NCBI GenBank assembly: GCA_007131925.1
Contig: SLPQ01000001.1
Coordinates: 1-44,216, forward strand
From: Candidatus Brocadiia bacterium
GTDB taxonomy: Bacteria; Planctomycetota; DG-23; SLPQ01
DNA length: 44,216 nt
Direction of reading: 5' to 3'
Part shown: piece by piece, positions 17,957-27,160 of the stretch
Numbering within the stretch: position 1 is the stretch's first letter
Layout of the letters: each line of letters begins with the position of its first letter
Translations under genes and position numbers: made by a program
Notes under the pieces: generated by a model
What the model was told of the DNA's origin: nothing
The model's input: the letters and a program-made list of their open reading frames with translations, nothing else
Databases searched by the model: none

Positions 17957-18959
17957 AGCGCCTGTGGAAAAGTCGCCCTCGTACTGGCGCCTCGTCGCAC
18001 GCGAATTTATGCGGCGAAAGCTCTCTGTGGCGGCGCTTATCGGGGTGTCAGGCTTCATACTGGTGGCACTCTTTGCCCCATGGCTCGCCAACGACGCACC
18101 TATAGTGCTCGTGCGTGACGGCAGGGTATATTTCCCCTCCACATTCACTTATCCAGAGCTGCGCTCAATTGACTGGGCGTATTACATGGACAACCTCCCC
18201 GAAGGGCAGTGGGCCCTCATGCCGCCGGTGCCCATATCTCCCTATCGCGACGATATCTTCAATACGCTGCGACCGCCATCCAGAGAGCACCCGATGGGCA
18301 CCGACGATGTCGGCAGGGATGTCCTCTCGCGGATGATATGGGGATCGAGGATAAGCCTTTCAGTAGGATTTGTGGCGGTGGGTATCGCAGTCGTTCTGGG
18401 TGTTATCTTCGGGTCGATAGCAGGGTACTTTGGCGGGATGGTTGACATCATCATATCGCGCATAATAGAGATCGTGATATGCTTTCCGATGTTTTTCCTT
18501 CTTTTGACCATCATCGCGCTGGTGGCGCGGGTAAACATCTACTACCTCATGTTTGCAATTGGTATTGTCGGCTGGACGGGGGTGGCAAGGCTCGTGCGGG
18601 GTGAGTTTCTCAAGCTGCGTGAGCAGGAGTTTGCCGTGGCGGCGCGTGCGCTGGGTGCACCGGCGACACGGGTGATGTTTCGCCATATCCTGCCGAACGC
18701 CATCGCCCCGGTGCTCGTCTCGGCGACCTTTGGCGTAGCCGGAGCTATACTGACCGAGTCGGGCCTTTCATTTCTGGGCTTTGGCGTGCCGCCTCCGACC
18801 GCCTCGTGGGGCTCGATACTCTCGCTGGCGCGCCAGTACGTTTACCAGGCGTGGTGGCTGACGGCCTTTCCGGGCGCGGCGATCTTTCTCTCGATACTCT
18901 GTTACAACCTGATCGGCGAGGGGCTGCGCGATGCAGTCGATCCGAGGCTCAAGGTATGA
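17949..18959 (+). CDS. ABC transporter permease (OppC/DppC-like)
   Basis: HPMGTDDVGRDVLSRMIWG N-terminal motif and EFAVAARALGAPATRVMFRHILPN EAA loop. It overlaps the upstream permease gene by 8 nt. Confidence 0.9.
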   Translation: MSEAPVEKSPSYWRLVAREFMRRKLSVAALIGVSGFILVALFAPWLANDAPIVLVRDGRVYFPSTFTYPELRSIDWAYYMDNLPEGQWALMPPVPISPYRDDIFNTLRPPSREHPMGTDDVGRDVLSRMIWGSRISLSVGFVAVGIAVVLGVIFGSIAGYFGGMVDIIISRIIEIVICFPMFFLLLTIIALVARVNIYYLMFAIGIVGWTGVARLVRGEFLKLREQEFAVAARALGAPATRVMFRHILPNAIAPVLVSATFGVAGAILTESGLSFLGFGVPPPTASWGSILSLARQYVYQAWWLTAFPGAAIFLSILCYNLIGEGLRDAVDPRLKV

Positions 18960-19963
18960 GCGGCAGGGGCGATGACAACCACAAAGTGCTCGACGTCCGC
19001 GGGCTTTGCACCCGGTTTTTTACATCCGCGGGTGTTGCACGCGCTGTGGATGAGGTCGCCCTGTCGCTGCAGCGAGGCAAGACGCTGGGCCTGGTCGGCG
19101 AGAGCGGCTGTGGAAAGTCGGTCACGGCCCTGTCCATCATGCGGCTGGTGCCGGATCCGCCCGGCCGCATAACCTCCGGAGAGATTCTTCTCGATGGGCA
19201 GGACCTGGCTTCCCTCAGCGAAAAGAGGATGCGTGAGATCCGCGGGCGCGAGGTAGCCATGATCTTCCAGGAGCCGATGACCTCGCTCAACCCCGTCTTC
19301 ACAATTGGAAACCAGCTCATCGAGGCCATAAGGGTCCACGAAGACCTCTCGAAGTCTCAGGCGCGCCGACTCGCACTCGAAATGCTCGAAAGGGTCGGCA
19401 TACCGAATCCCGCCGAGCGCCTTTCAAACTATCCACATCAGCTGTCAGGCGGGCAGCAGCAGCGCGTCATGATCGCAATGGCCATCTCGCTCAATCCAAG
19501 GCTGCTCATCGCCGACGAGCCTACCACCGCCCTCGACGTCACTGTGCAGGCCCAGATATTGAAGCTACTCGACGAACTGCGGAGGGAGTTTTCGATAGGA
19601 ATACTTTTTATCACCCATGACATGGCCGTTATCGCCCAGACTGCCGACGACGTTGCCGTCATGTATGCCGGTCGCATTGTCGAAACAGCCGATGTCTTTT
19701 CCCTCTTCAAGGCACCACGGCACCCGTACACGCGCCTGCTCTTTGAGAGCATACCGACCGAAAAGGCGCGAGGATCGAGGCTGCGGACCATTAAGGGCAC
19801 CGTGCCCCCCCTTACGCATCTGCCGCGTGGCTGCAACTTCCAGAAGCGCTGCCCCCTTGCAATAGAGCGCTGCATAGAGGAGGACCCCACGCTGCGGGAG
19901 ATCGCCGGCGGGCATTTATCCGCATGTCACAGGGCCGAAGAAGTCGAGGAGCTCATGAGATGA
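18956..19963 (+). CDS. ABC transporter ATP-binding protein (OppD/DppD-like)
   Basis: ATG 18956 overlaps the permease stop (ATGA). Walker A GESGCGKS, signature LSGGQQQR, Walker B LLIADEPTTALD, and a C-terminal oligopeptide-type extension with Cys residues. Confidence 0.9.
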   Translation: MSGRGDDNHKVLDVRGLCTRFFTSAGVARAVDEVALSLQRGKTLGLVGESGCGKSVTALSIMRLVPDPPGRITSGEILLDGQDLASLSEKRMREIRGREVAMIFQEPMTSLNPVFTIGNQLIEAIRVHEDLSKSQARRLALEMLERVGIPNPAERLSNYPHQLSGGQQQRVMIAMAISLNPRLLIADEPTTALDVTVQAQILKLLDELRREFSIGILFITHDMAVIAQTADDVAVMYAGRIVETADVFSLFKAPRHPYTRLLFESIPTEKARGSRLRTIKGTVPPLTHLPRGCNFQKRCPLAIERCIEEDPTLREIAGGHLSACHRAEEVEELMR

Positions 19964-20955
19964 CTTCAAACGGCACGGTGGTCGAGGTAAGAGGCCTCAA
20001 AAAGCATTACCCGGTCAGGCAGGGGGTTTTTTCCCGTGTGGCGGGCTCGGTCAGAGCCGTTGACGGCGTGAGCTTCTCGATTGCGCGCGGTCGCACCTTT
20101 GGGCTGGTGGGCGAGTCGGGCTGTGGCAAGACCACCTGTGCGCGCGCCGCCCTCAGGCTCGTCGAGCCGACCGAGGGTGATATCTTTATTAACGGCACCA
20201 ACATCCTCTCACTCTCCGGCAAGCACCTCAGGCGCGCGAGGCGGGGCTTTCAGATCATATTTCAGGACCCTTATGCATCGCTCAACCCGCGCATGACCGT
20301 CGGTGCGATCATCGGAGAGGGGCTCAAGGTGCATCGGATGGCATCCCGGCGGGAGCGTCGCCGCCGCGTAACGGAGCTTCTCGAAAGGGTAGGCCTCTCA
20401 GCAGGCGCGGCCGGCAGATATCCGCATGAATTTTCTGGCGGACAGCGTCAGCGTATCGGTATCGCTCGCGCGCTGGCCTTGAGCCCGGCCTTTCTGGTAT
20501 GCGACGAGCCTGTCAGTGCGCTGGACGTCTCGATCAGTGCGCAGATAATCAACCTGCTGAAGGACCTGCAGGAAGAAACTCAAATGTCCTACCTCTTCAT
20601 ATCGCACGACCTGAACCTCGTCGAGTACATCTGCGACGAGGTTGCCGTCATGTACCTCGGCAGAATAGTCGAGCAGGCACACGCCGAGGTGATTTACGAA
20701 CGTGCCATGCACCCGTATACGCGGGCGCTCCTGGCTGCCAACCCGCTGCCCGACCCTGAAAAACGCCGCGAGAAGATCCTGCTCGGCGGCGCCGTGCCAA
20801 ACCCCGCCAGTCCGCCGCAAGGCTGCCACTTTCATCCGCGATGCGACGCGGCCGATGAGGCCTGCCGACTGCAGTATCCGAAGCTGGTCGAGATCGGGGG
20901 GGGGCATCTCGTGGCCTGTCACATGGTCGATCAGAAATCTAAGACAAGCCAGTAG
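19960..20955 (+). CDS. ABC transporter ATP-binding protein (OppF/DppF-like)
   Basis: ATG 19960 overlaps the OppD-like stop (ATGA). Walker A GESGCGKT, signature FSGGQRQR, Walker B FLVCDEPVSALD. Confidence 0.9.
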   Translation: MTSNGTVVEVRGLKKHYPVRQGVFSRVAGSVRAVDGVSFSIARGRTFGLVGESGCGKTTCARAALRLVEPTEGDIFINGTNILSLSGKHLRRARRGFQIIFQDPYASLNPRMTVGAIIGEGLKVHRMASRRERRRRVTELLERVGLSAGAAGRYPHEFSGGQRQRIGIARALALSPAFLVCDEPVSALDVSISAQIINLLKDLQEETQMSYLFISHDLNLVEYICDEVAVMYLGRIVEQAHAEVIYERAMHPYTRALLAANPLPDPEKRREKILLGGAVPNPASPPQGCHFHPRCDAADEACRLQYPKLVEIGGGHLVACHMVDQKSKTSQ

Positions 20956-21063
20956 CGACCGCTGTATCGGCTACCGTGCTGCACGATGGCGGCCGGCCCC
21001 TTCCCGCTTTGCGGTCTGCCGGTGTACTACACTGAGTGCCATCCAGACTGCGCGCCGTGCTTA

Positions 21064-21534
21064 TTACAGGGTGGCGAGGGTGCGGGTCTTTCCCTGATAG
21101 AGCGCGGTGACCGTCTCAAAGGTCTTGCGGATAGTCCAGCCTCCCTGCGGCCATTCCGGTGAAGGCGCCTGTTCCTGATCGAGATCCTTGTCTGCCACCA
21201 CGTCTATCCACATCTCGGTCTCGCGCCCGGCCAGCCACACTTCGCTGCATTCGCTGGCGAGTGTCCTGAAGGGGTCTTCCGGTGCGATGTGATCGAGCGA
21301 TGCTGCTGGAGAGTGGTAAACCTTGGCATCCTCGTTGAAGAAATGGTACATGCGTGAAAAGTAGTGACGTTCGCTTGCCCGGCAATACTCTATAAGGCGC
21401 CGCACGGTCCAGCCTGAGCTGTCAAGCACCCGCTCGAGCTCCTGGTCCGGCAGGTTTAACATGGCGTCTATGAAGCCGCGTCTGGCCCGGCGAAGGTCCC
21501 TGACAAGGCGCATCAGTTCGGCGTTGGTGCTCAT
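21064..21534 (-). CDS. DinB-family (DinB_2-like) protein
   Basis: A helical ~156-aa protein: MSTNAELMRLVRDLRRARRGFIDAMLNLPDQELERVLDSSGWTVRRLIEYCRASERHYF. Start moved to the internal ATG at 21534. The longer ORF-track N-terminus (to 21645) looks non-coding. Confidence 0.5.
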   Translation of the reverse strand: MSTNAELMRLVRDLRRARRGFIDAMLNLPDQELERVLDSSGWTVRRLIEYCRASERHYFSRMYHFFNEDAKVYHSPAASLDHIAPEDPFRTLASECSEVWLAGRETEMWIDVVADKDLDQEQAPSPEWPQGGWTIRKTFETVTALYQGKTRTLATL

Positions 21535-21660
21535 GTCGTCCTCTGCGGGTAGCGCATGCAAATCCCTGGAAAATTCATTATACAGCACAGGCTCACGCCT
21601 GCAACTTATGCAGCGCGCGCCGCCGCCGGTGGGCAAAGCAGTCAAAGAGCCTTTACCGGC

Positions 21661-21690
21661 GTTACATCTTTGCGCGTTGCGTGTTACAAT
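21661..21690 (+). promoter_or_regulatory. Predicted sigma70-type promoter (GTTACA-18 nt-TACAAT) for the 401-aa hypothetical
   Basis: GTTACA at 21661..21666, an 18-nt spacer, TACAAT at 21685..21690. Pattern match only. Confidence 0.35.
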
Positions 21691-21751
21691 TAGAGGGGTT
21701 GCATCACAATGCCCCTGTCAATGAAAACCGGGAATCAGGAGGGCTCTGGCT

Positions 21752-22957
21752 ATGAAAAAACCCCCGCACGTGGGCAGCGCAGCGGCATTCATGCTCGCCG
21801 CCGTTGCCATTGCATTTCTGGCCGCCGCTGCTGTCTCGCAGGATACCTCCGGCCGGCTTCAGGACATATTGGAAAGTGCGCTGCGGCGCGAGGCACTGAT
21901 GGACGGTGTTGAGGCGAGTTATACGATAGAAAGCGGCCTTGGTGGCGCCCTTGCAGGGTTTGGCGGTGCGACCGATACGGGCCGGGGCCGCGGGCCTCAG
22001 GGAAATGTCGCGTTGGAGGCCTCCTGGGCGGCAAGCGGCGGGCAGGTCATGTTTGATGGAGCCGTGAGCCGGGATTCGGTATTTGCAGGCGGTACATCGA
22101 TGCGGGTGGTCTCCGACGGCGATGTCGCCCGGGCGCTTCTGAGCTCGCCTGACTCAGTGCGCGGATTTGTGACCCCGGGCGAGGGCCCCATGGCGCGCAT
22201 GGCTTTTGTGACCCCCGACAAGCTGGGTGTCACTGGCCTGCCACTCTCGCCGGTGAGTCTGGCCGGGATGCTCAGCGGAGAGACTACCAGCACCACGGTA
22301 CGCTGGGGCGGCCAGACAAGAGATATAGAAATCATCCGCACCCCCCACTACATCGGCATGCAGGAGATAGACGGCAGGCAGGTGGCGGTAGTGGATGTAG
22401 AGGAAAGCGGGATGCGCGGCAGTTCTTACCAGCGGCTCTACTTTGACCCGGCGCTCAACTACGCAGTTGTGGCCGCCGAACAGGGACGCATGGTCAATAA
22501 TGAGTTTCGAGCGGCAGTGTCGTGGCGTTTTGAGGATTTTCAGGAGGTCAGGCCTGGTCTCTTCATGCCTTTTTCTGCTGTTTCAGAGGCCGGCAGAGGC
22601 AGGAGTGCTGTCCCTGTAGTGGAGTTTCAGCTTGAGACGATAAGGTTTCCCGGGTTTCTCCCTGAAGGGCTCTTTGACCTCGAGTTTCCTGATGGCACGG
22701 TGGTGCGCGATACCATAGCGAACCTTTCATACACCGTAGGGCAGCTGCCTGTAGAGGATATGGATCTGGCACTCATCGAAGATTATGAAGTCGTACCGGA
22801 GGTGGAGGTCGCTGCCGTGCCGGTCGAGCCCGCCGGGGCGACCCCCGAGCCTGTTGCAGAGCCTTCGAGTTACACTTTCTTGATCATCGTGGCGATTGCT
22901 GCAGTGGTCATGGGCGCAACAGGGGTCGTGATGTACAAGAAAAAGCACGCCGGGTGA
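21752..22957 (+). CDS. Secreted hypothetical protein with a C-terminal EPSS-TM-KKK anchor or sorting signal
   Basis: GGAGGG 9 nt upstream of the ATG. Signal peptide MKKPPHVGSAAAFMLAAVAIAFLAAAAVS. C-terminus AEPSSYTFLIIVAIAAVVMGATGVVMYKKKHAG. No family recognised. Confidence 0.65.
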   Translation: MKKPPHVGSAAAFMLAAVAIAFLAAAAVSQDTSGRLQDILESALRREALMDGVEASYTIESGLGGALAGFGGATDTGRGRGPQGNVALEASWAASGGQVMFDGAVSRDSVFAGGTSMRVVSDGDVARALLSSPDSVRGFVTPGEGPMARMAFVTPDKLGVTGLPLSPVSLAGMLSGETTSTTVRWGGQTRDIEIIRTPHYIGMQEIDGRQVAVVDVEESGMRGSSYQRLYFDPALNYAVVAAEQGRMVNNEFRAAVSWRFEDFQEVRPGLFMPFSAVSEAGRGRSAVPVVEFQLETIRFPGFLPEGLFDLEFPDGTVVRDTIANLSYTVGQLPVEDMDLALIEDYEVVPEVEVAAVPVEPAGATPEPVAEPSSYTFLIIVAIAAVVMGATGVVMYKKKHAG

Positions 22958-23081
22958 GAGTCCCGGCAGCAGCGTCATCTTCACATCTTTGCCGGCGTGG
23001 CGATGAACGATTGGCGCCGGCGCCCCTTTCTGCTATCATAAGCCCCCGCGAAAACGCAACCGAGAAGCCGGGGGTCTGTCT

Positions 23082-23996
23082 ATGTCCCGCAGAAGTAAGA
23101 TCATCCTTGCAACCAGGAGGAGCAGTCTCGCGCTCATACAGGCACGCGCGGCCGCCCGGGCCCTTGCATCGGTGGGGCTGGCGTCTGAAATGCTGGAGAT
23201 CACTTCCGAGGGCGATCTCGACCGGCGCAATCTCGTCGAGATAGGCGGGAGAGGGGTTTTCACCAAGGCGCTGGAGGATGCTCTGCTCGACGGCCGGGCC
23301 GATGCGGCGGTGCATTCGGCCAAGGATCTGCCCTCGCGCCTGCCGGAAGGGCTCGTGATAGCTGCGGCGCTGCCACGTGAAGACCCGCGCGACGCGCTCG
23401 TGTCCCACACGGGGGCGCCTCTTTGGGATCTTCCCGCGGGTGGCGTTGTGGGAACATCGAGTCCGAGGCGAGCAGCCGCGATACTGCGGCTTCGCAGGGA
23501 CCTTGTCGTAAAATCCATCCGCGGAAATGTCCCCACGCGCGTTCGAAAGGTCGAGAGCGGCCGATACGACGCGGGCGTACTCGCGGTGGCGGGGCTGCGG
23601 CGGCTCGACATGGAAAACTATATCGCGCAGGTCTTCGAGTCTGATATAATGCCCAGCGCGCCAGGCCAGGGGGCTATCGTCATCGAGACGAGGCGCCAGG
23701 GCGCCCTCGATGAGGCCATCAGGGCGGTCTCAAATGCTCCGACGCATGTATGCATAAGCGCTGAGCGCGCTCTTGAGAGGGAGCTCCAGGCCGGGTGCCA
23801 CGCCGCGGTTGGCGCGCTCGCTACGCCGGTCGACGGAGGCTACATGCTGAAGGCTGCGGTATTTTCAGCAGACGGAGCGGCCTGCTGGCGTGCCGAGGCG
23901 CGCTTTTGTGCCGGGCAAGCTGAGGCGGCCGGCGAGCATGTGGCGCGCGAGCTTCTCGCCGACGGCGCGGCAGAGGCACTCGCAGGAGGGCCGTGA
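23082..23996 (+). CDS. hemC: Hydroxymethylbilane synthase (porphobilinogen deaminase)
   Basis: IILATRRSSLALIQA, GDLDRRNLVEIGGRGVFTKALEDALLDGRADAAVHSAKDLP, and the cofactor-cysteine region LQAGCHAAVGA. Confidence 0.92.
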   Translation: MSRRSKIILATRRSSLALIQARAAARALASVGLASEMLEITSEGDLDRRNLVEIGGRGVFTKALEDALLDGRADAAVHSAKDLPSRLPEGLVIAAALPREDPRDALVSHTGAPLWDLPAGGVVGTSSPRRAAAILRLRRDLVVKSIRGNVPTRVRKVESGRYDAGVLAVAGLRRLDMENYIAQVFESDIMPSAPGQGAIVIETRRQGALDEAIRAVSNAPTHVCISAERALERELQAGCHAAVGALATPVDGGYMLKAAVFSADGAACWRAEARFCAGQAEAAGEHVARELLADGAAEALAGGP

Positions 23997-24156
23997 CGGT
24001 ACGGCTGCACGGTCCGCCGGGCAGACAGCACCGCTGCGTGTGCGCCTGCTTCAGACGTGATGCGGCCGATATGGTCGCAGGCGGCGATGCTTTGTGTTGC
24101 CGGTACAGGCGTACTACCGTGCATGGATTGAAAGAGACTCTCTACCGGAGAGGGAC

Positions 24157-25176
24157 ATGAGTGAATGCAAGCGAATCTTCGTTACAGGTGGCTGCGGCTT
24201 CATCGGGTCAAACTTCATCCACTATGCGCTGGCTGAGCGCAGTGACATTGAAATCCGCAACTTCGACAATCTCACCTACGCCGGAAATCTCGAAAATCTC
24301 GCTGACGTCGAAAGCGACGCCCGCTACTCTTTTGTAAAGGGCGATATCGCTGACCGGCGGGCAGTAGAGGCCGCCCTTGAGGGAGGCTTTGACGCGGTAA
24401 TAAACTTCGCCGCCGAGACGCACGTGGACAGGTCGATCCTCGACGCGGGAGATTTTATCCGCACAAACGTCCTCGGCACGCAGGTGCTCCTGGAGGCTGC
24501 TCGCTCAGCCGGCATGGTGCGATTCGTGCAGATATCGACCGATGAGGTCTACGGGTCGCTGGGGGCCACGGGACTTTTCACCGAAGAGACGCCCCTTGCG
24601 CCAAACAGCCCCTACTCGGCCTCCAAGGCCGCAGCCGACCTGGTCGCGCGCTCGTATTTTCGGACATTTGGCCTGCCTGTCATGGTGACGCGATGCTCCA
24701 ATAACTTCGGCCCGTACCAGTTTCCCGAGAAGCTCATACCGCTTTTCGTAACGAATGCGCTCGCCGAACGCAAGCTGCCCCTCTACGGCGACGGCATGAA
24801 CGTGCGCGACTGGATATATGTGGACGATCATTCCAGCGCGATCATGGCGGTGCTGGAGGGTGGGCGCGCCGGCGAGGTCTACAATATCGGCGGCGGCAAC
24901 GAACGCTCGAACGTGGAGATCACACGTGCGATACTCGGCATCCTGGGCAAGGACGAGAGCCTGATCGAGTTTGTAAGGGATCGCCCGGGACACGACCGTC
25001 GCTACGCGATAGACTCGTCGAAAATCGAGCGCGAGCTCGGCTGGCGGCCCGCGCACACCTTTGATGATGCGCTCGAGGCGACCGTCAGGTGGTACGTGGA
25101 GCACGAGGACTGGTGGCGTCGAGTCAGGTCTGGAGAGTACATGGAGTACTACCAGAAGCAGTATGGGGAGCGGTAA
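24157..25176 (+). CDS. rfbB: dTDP-glucose 4,6-dehydratase
   Basis: ATG 24157 follows GGAGAGGGA. VTGGCGFIGSNF Rossmann motif, catalytic YSASKAAAD (YxxxK), and the C-terminal RPGHDRRYAIDSSKIERELGW typical of RmlB. Confidence 0.9.
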   Translation: MSECKRIFVTGGCGFIGSNFIHYALAERSDIEIRNFDNLTYAGNLENLADVESDARYSFVKGDIADRRAVEAALEGGFDAVINFAAETHVDRSILDAGDFIRTNVLGTQVLLEAARSAGMVRFVQISTDEVYGSLGATGLFTEETPLAPNSPYSASKAAADLVARSYFRTFGLPVMVTRCSNNFGPYQFPEKLIPLFVTNALAERKLPLYGDGMNVRDWIYVDDHSSAIMAVLEGGRAGEVYNIGGGNERSNVEITRAILGILGKDESLIEFVRDRPGHDRRYAIDSSKIERELGWRPAHTFDDALEATVRWYVEHEDWWRRVRSGEYMEYYQKQYGER

Positions 25177-25218
25177 GCCGTTTCCTCCGTCCGCAACGAT
25201 GGAGAGGTGCGCAGAGAA

Positions 25219-26520
25219 ATGACGCACAACCCGCAAACACACCACAAGGTTGTCATTGGGGACTCAAGATCCATGAAGGAGCTTGAAGATCGATCCGTGC
25301 ATCTTGTCGTGACGTCGCCGCCCTATTGGCAGCTGAAGGACTATGATGCCCGCCGCCAGATCGGTTTTTCCGACACCTATGAAGAGTACATCAACAATCT
25401 CAACTGCGTCTGGAAGGAGTGTTATCGAGTCCTGCATGACGGCTGTCGTCTTTGCATAAACATAGGCGATCAGTTCGCCAGATCGGTGTACTATGGGAGA
25501 TACAAAGTCATACCTATAAGGACTGAAATCATACGTTTCTGTGAGACGATGGGTTTCGACTATATGGGGGCGATCATTTGGCAGAAGGTCACCACCTGCA
25601 ACACCACTGGCGGCGCAAGTGTAATGGGGTCCTTCCCGTATCCGCGCAACGGCGTCGTCAAGATCGACTACGAGTTTGTCCTGCTGTTCAAGAAGCCCGG
25701 CAGGCAGCCGCGGGTGTCCAGTGTGCGAAAAGAGCAATCTAAATTGACTACTGAGCAATGGAACGAGTACTTCAACGGCCACTGGAACTTTCCGGGAGAA
25801 CGCCAAAACGGTCACATGGCAATGTTTCCCGAAGAGTTACCCAAACGACTGTTGAAGATGTTCAGCTTCATAGGCGAGACGGTCCTGGATCCCTTTCTCG
25901 GCAGCGGCACGACATCGCTCGCGGCGCTCAACAACGATCGACATTCGGTCGGCTACGAGTTGAACGCAGGTTTCCTGCCGCTCATACGCGAGAAGCTGGG
26001 GATGGACCGGCTTGCCGAAATCCTGAATGCGACGTTCGGAGTGATACACTCCGAAGTCACGGAAGCCGAAATAACCCGCGCGAAGGAAGAGCTCCCTTAC
26101 AGATTTAGCGACCCGGTTCGCATAACCCGCAGGGCGGATCCGCGCAAGCTCAATTTCGGTTCCAGGGTGAAAGCGGACGTGCCCGCGTCGAGGGAGGACT
26201 ACTATCGCGTCAAAGCCGTACTGTCGCCGGAGGTGCTGGTACTGGACACAGGCCAGCGCATCAGGCTGTTGGGCGTTGATGTGCCGGCGCATATCCGCAA
26301 AGAGGCCGTGCGGTTTTTGGAAGATGTTACCAGCGGTCAGAGAGTGTCGCTGGCACTTGACAAGGAGAAATTCGACCATGAGGGGAACCTGCTCTGCTAC
26401 CTCTACCTGAAAAACAGGACCTTTATTAATGCCCACCTGATCAAGAAGGGCCTGGCAAGAGCCGATCAGCGGCACGACTATCGTGAAAAAGACAGGTTTT
26501 GCAGGCTCGGTGGAGTATGA
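25219..26520 (+). CDS. Beta-class DNA methyltransferase (SPPY motif, probably N4-cytosine; N6-adenine not excluded) fused to a C-terminal SNase/OB-fold-like domain
   Basis: Motif IV VVTSPPYWQ comes N-terminal to motif I VLDPFLGSGTTSLAAL, which is the beta-class order. The C-terminal ~105 aa align by eye to staphylococcal nuclease (RIRLLGVDVPA...DHEGNLLCYLYL...NAHLIKKGLARA). ATG 25219 is preceded by GGAGAGG. Confidence 0.85.
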   Translation: MTHNPQTHHKVVIGDSRSMKELEDRSVHLVVTSPPYWQLKDYDARRQIGFSDTYEEYINNLNCVWKECYRVLHDGCRLCINIGDQFARSVYYGRYKVIPIRTEIIRFCETMGFDYMGAIIWQKVTTCNTTGGASVMGSFPYPRNGVVKIDYEFVLLFKKPGRQPRVSSVRKEQSKLTTEQWNEYFNGHWNFPGERQNGHMAMFPEELPKRLLKMFSFIGETVLDPFLGSGTTSLAALNNDRHSVGYELNAGFLPLIREKLGMDRLAEILNATFGVIHSEVTEAEITRAKEELPYRFSDPVRITRRADPRKLNFGSRVKADVPASREDYYRVKAVLSPEVLVLDTGQRIRLLGVDVPAHIRKEAVRFLEDVTSGQRVSLALDKEKFDHEGNLLCYLYLKNRTFINAHLIKKGLARADQRHDYREKDRFCRLGGV

Positions 26521-26524
26521 CGTG

Positions 26525-27160
26525 ATGGCAAAGGAATGGATTCTAAACCAGGCGATGAACCGTTGGGGGCTCAACAAGAAGCGTTGCGTTGGACCCGTTT
26601 CTGCGCTGATTCGAGAGTGCCGACCAAAAGAAAGAGAAGAATGGGAGAAGTTCTATTTCCTGAAGGTCTATCCCAGAGAACACCTTGAGGAACTTGGGAA
26701 AAAGCTATTTGTGAAGATAACGGAGGTGATCCAGCATGAAGTGCAGGAAGTCACTCAAGAAGACTGTATTGAATACATCAGGACCGTAGTGATCGACAGG
26801 ACATACGACGGCTATGTCAATGAGATAGAAACAATTTATGGCCGGCTCGAAAGTGAACTGGCGATCAAGATAGAGCCTGCGCCCGACGAATGGGATAGAC
26901 TGTACAATGTGGACTTTTTCATCGCAGTCGGCGAGAAAAGGATCGGCCTCCAAATAAAGCCTCTAAGCTTTGGTCAAGCTTCTGAAAGCTACAAATGGGA
27001 AAAGATCCATACGCGAACGCACCAACGGTTCCTTGAAACGCATGGCGGCAAAGTATTCACTGTATATTCAACGCGAGAAGGCAGGCGCAAGGTCATCGTG
27101 AACAAAGAAGTCATTGCAGAGCTGCAAGCGGAAATCGTACGCTTGGCCGGGTCGACGTGA
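26525..27160 (+). CDS. Candidate type II restriction endonuclease (PD-(D/E)XK-like; possibly MjaI family, unverified)
   Basis: It starts 4 nt after the methylase stop, with GGTGGAG upstream of the ATG. Low GC. Candidate catalytic pattern YNVDFFIAVGEKRIGLQIKP (D...Q-x-K). The family guess comes from memory of an N-terminal KEWILN...RWGLN pattern, not from a search. Confidence 0.55.
   Translation: MAKEWILNQAMNRWGLNKKRCVGPVSALIRECRPKEREEWEKFYFLKVYPREHLEELGKKLFVKITEVIQHEVQEVTQEDCIEYIRTVVIDRTYDGYVNEIETIYGRLESELAIKIEPAPDEWDRLYNVDFFIAVGEKRIGLQIKPLSFGQASESYKWEKIHTRTHQRFLETHGGKVFTVYSTREGRRKVIVNKEVIAELQAEIVRLAGST

Noticed and set aside
22991-23030. Terminator-like inverted repeat GCCGGCG(17 nt)CGCCGGC followed by CCCCTTTCT after the 401-aa gene
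   Set aside because: The loop is long and the T tract is weak and interrupted. It is kept only as a weak possibility, not as a feature.
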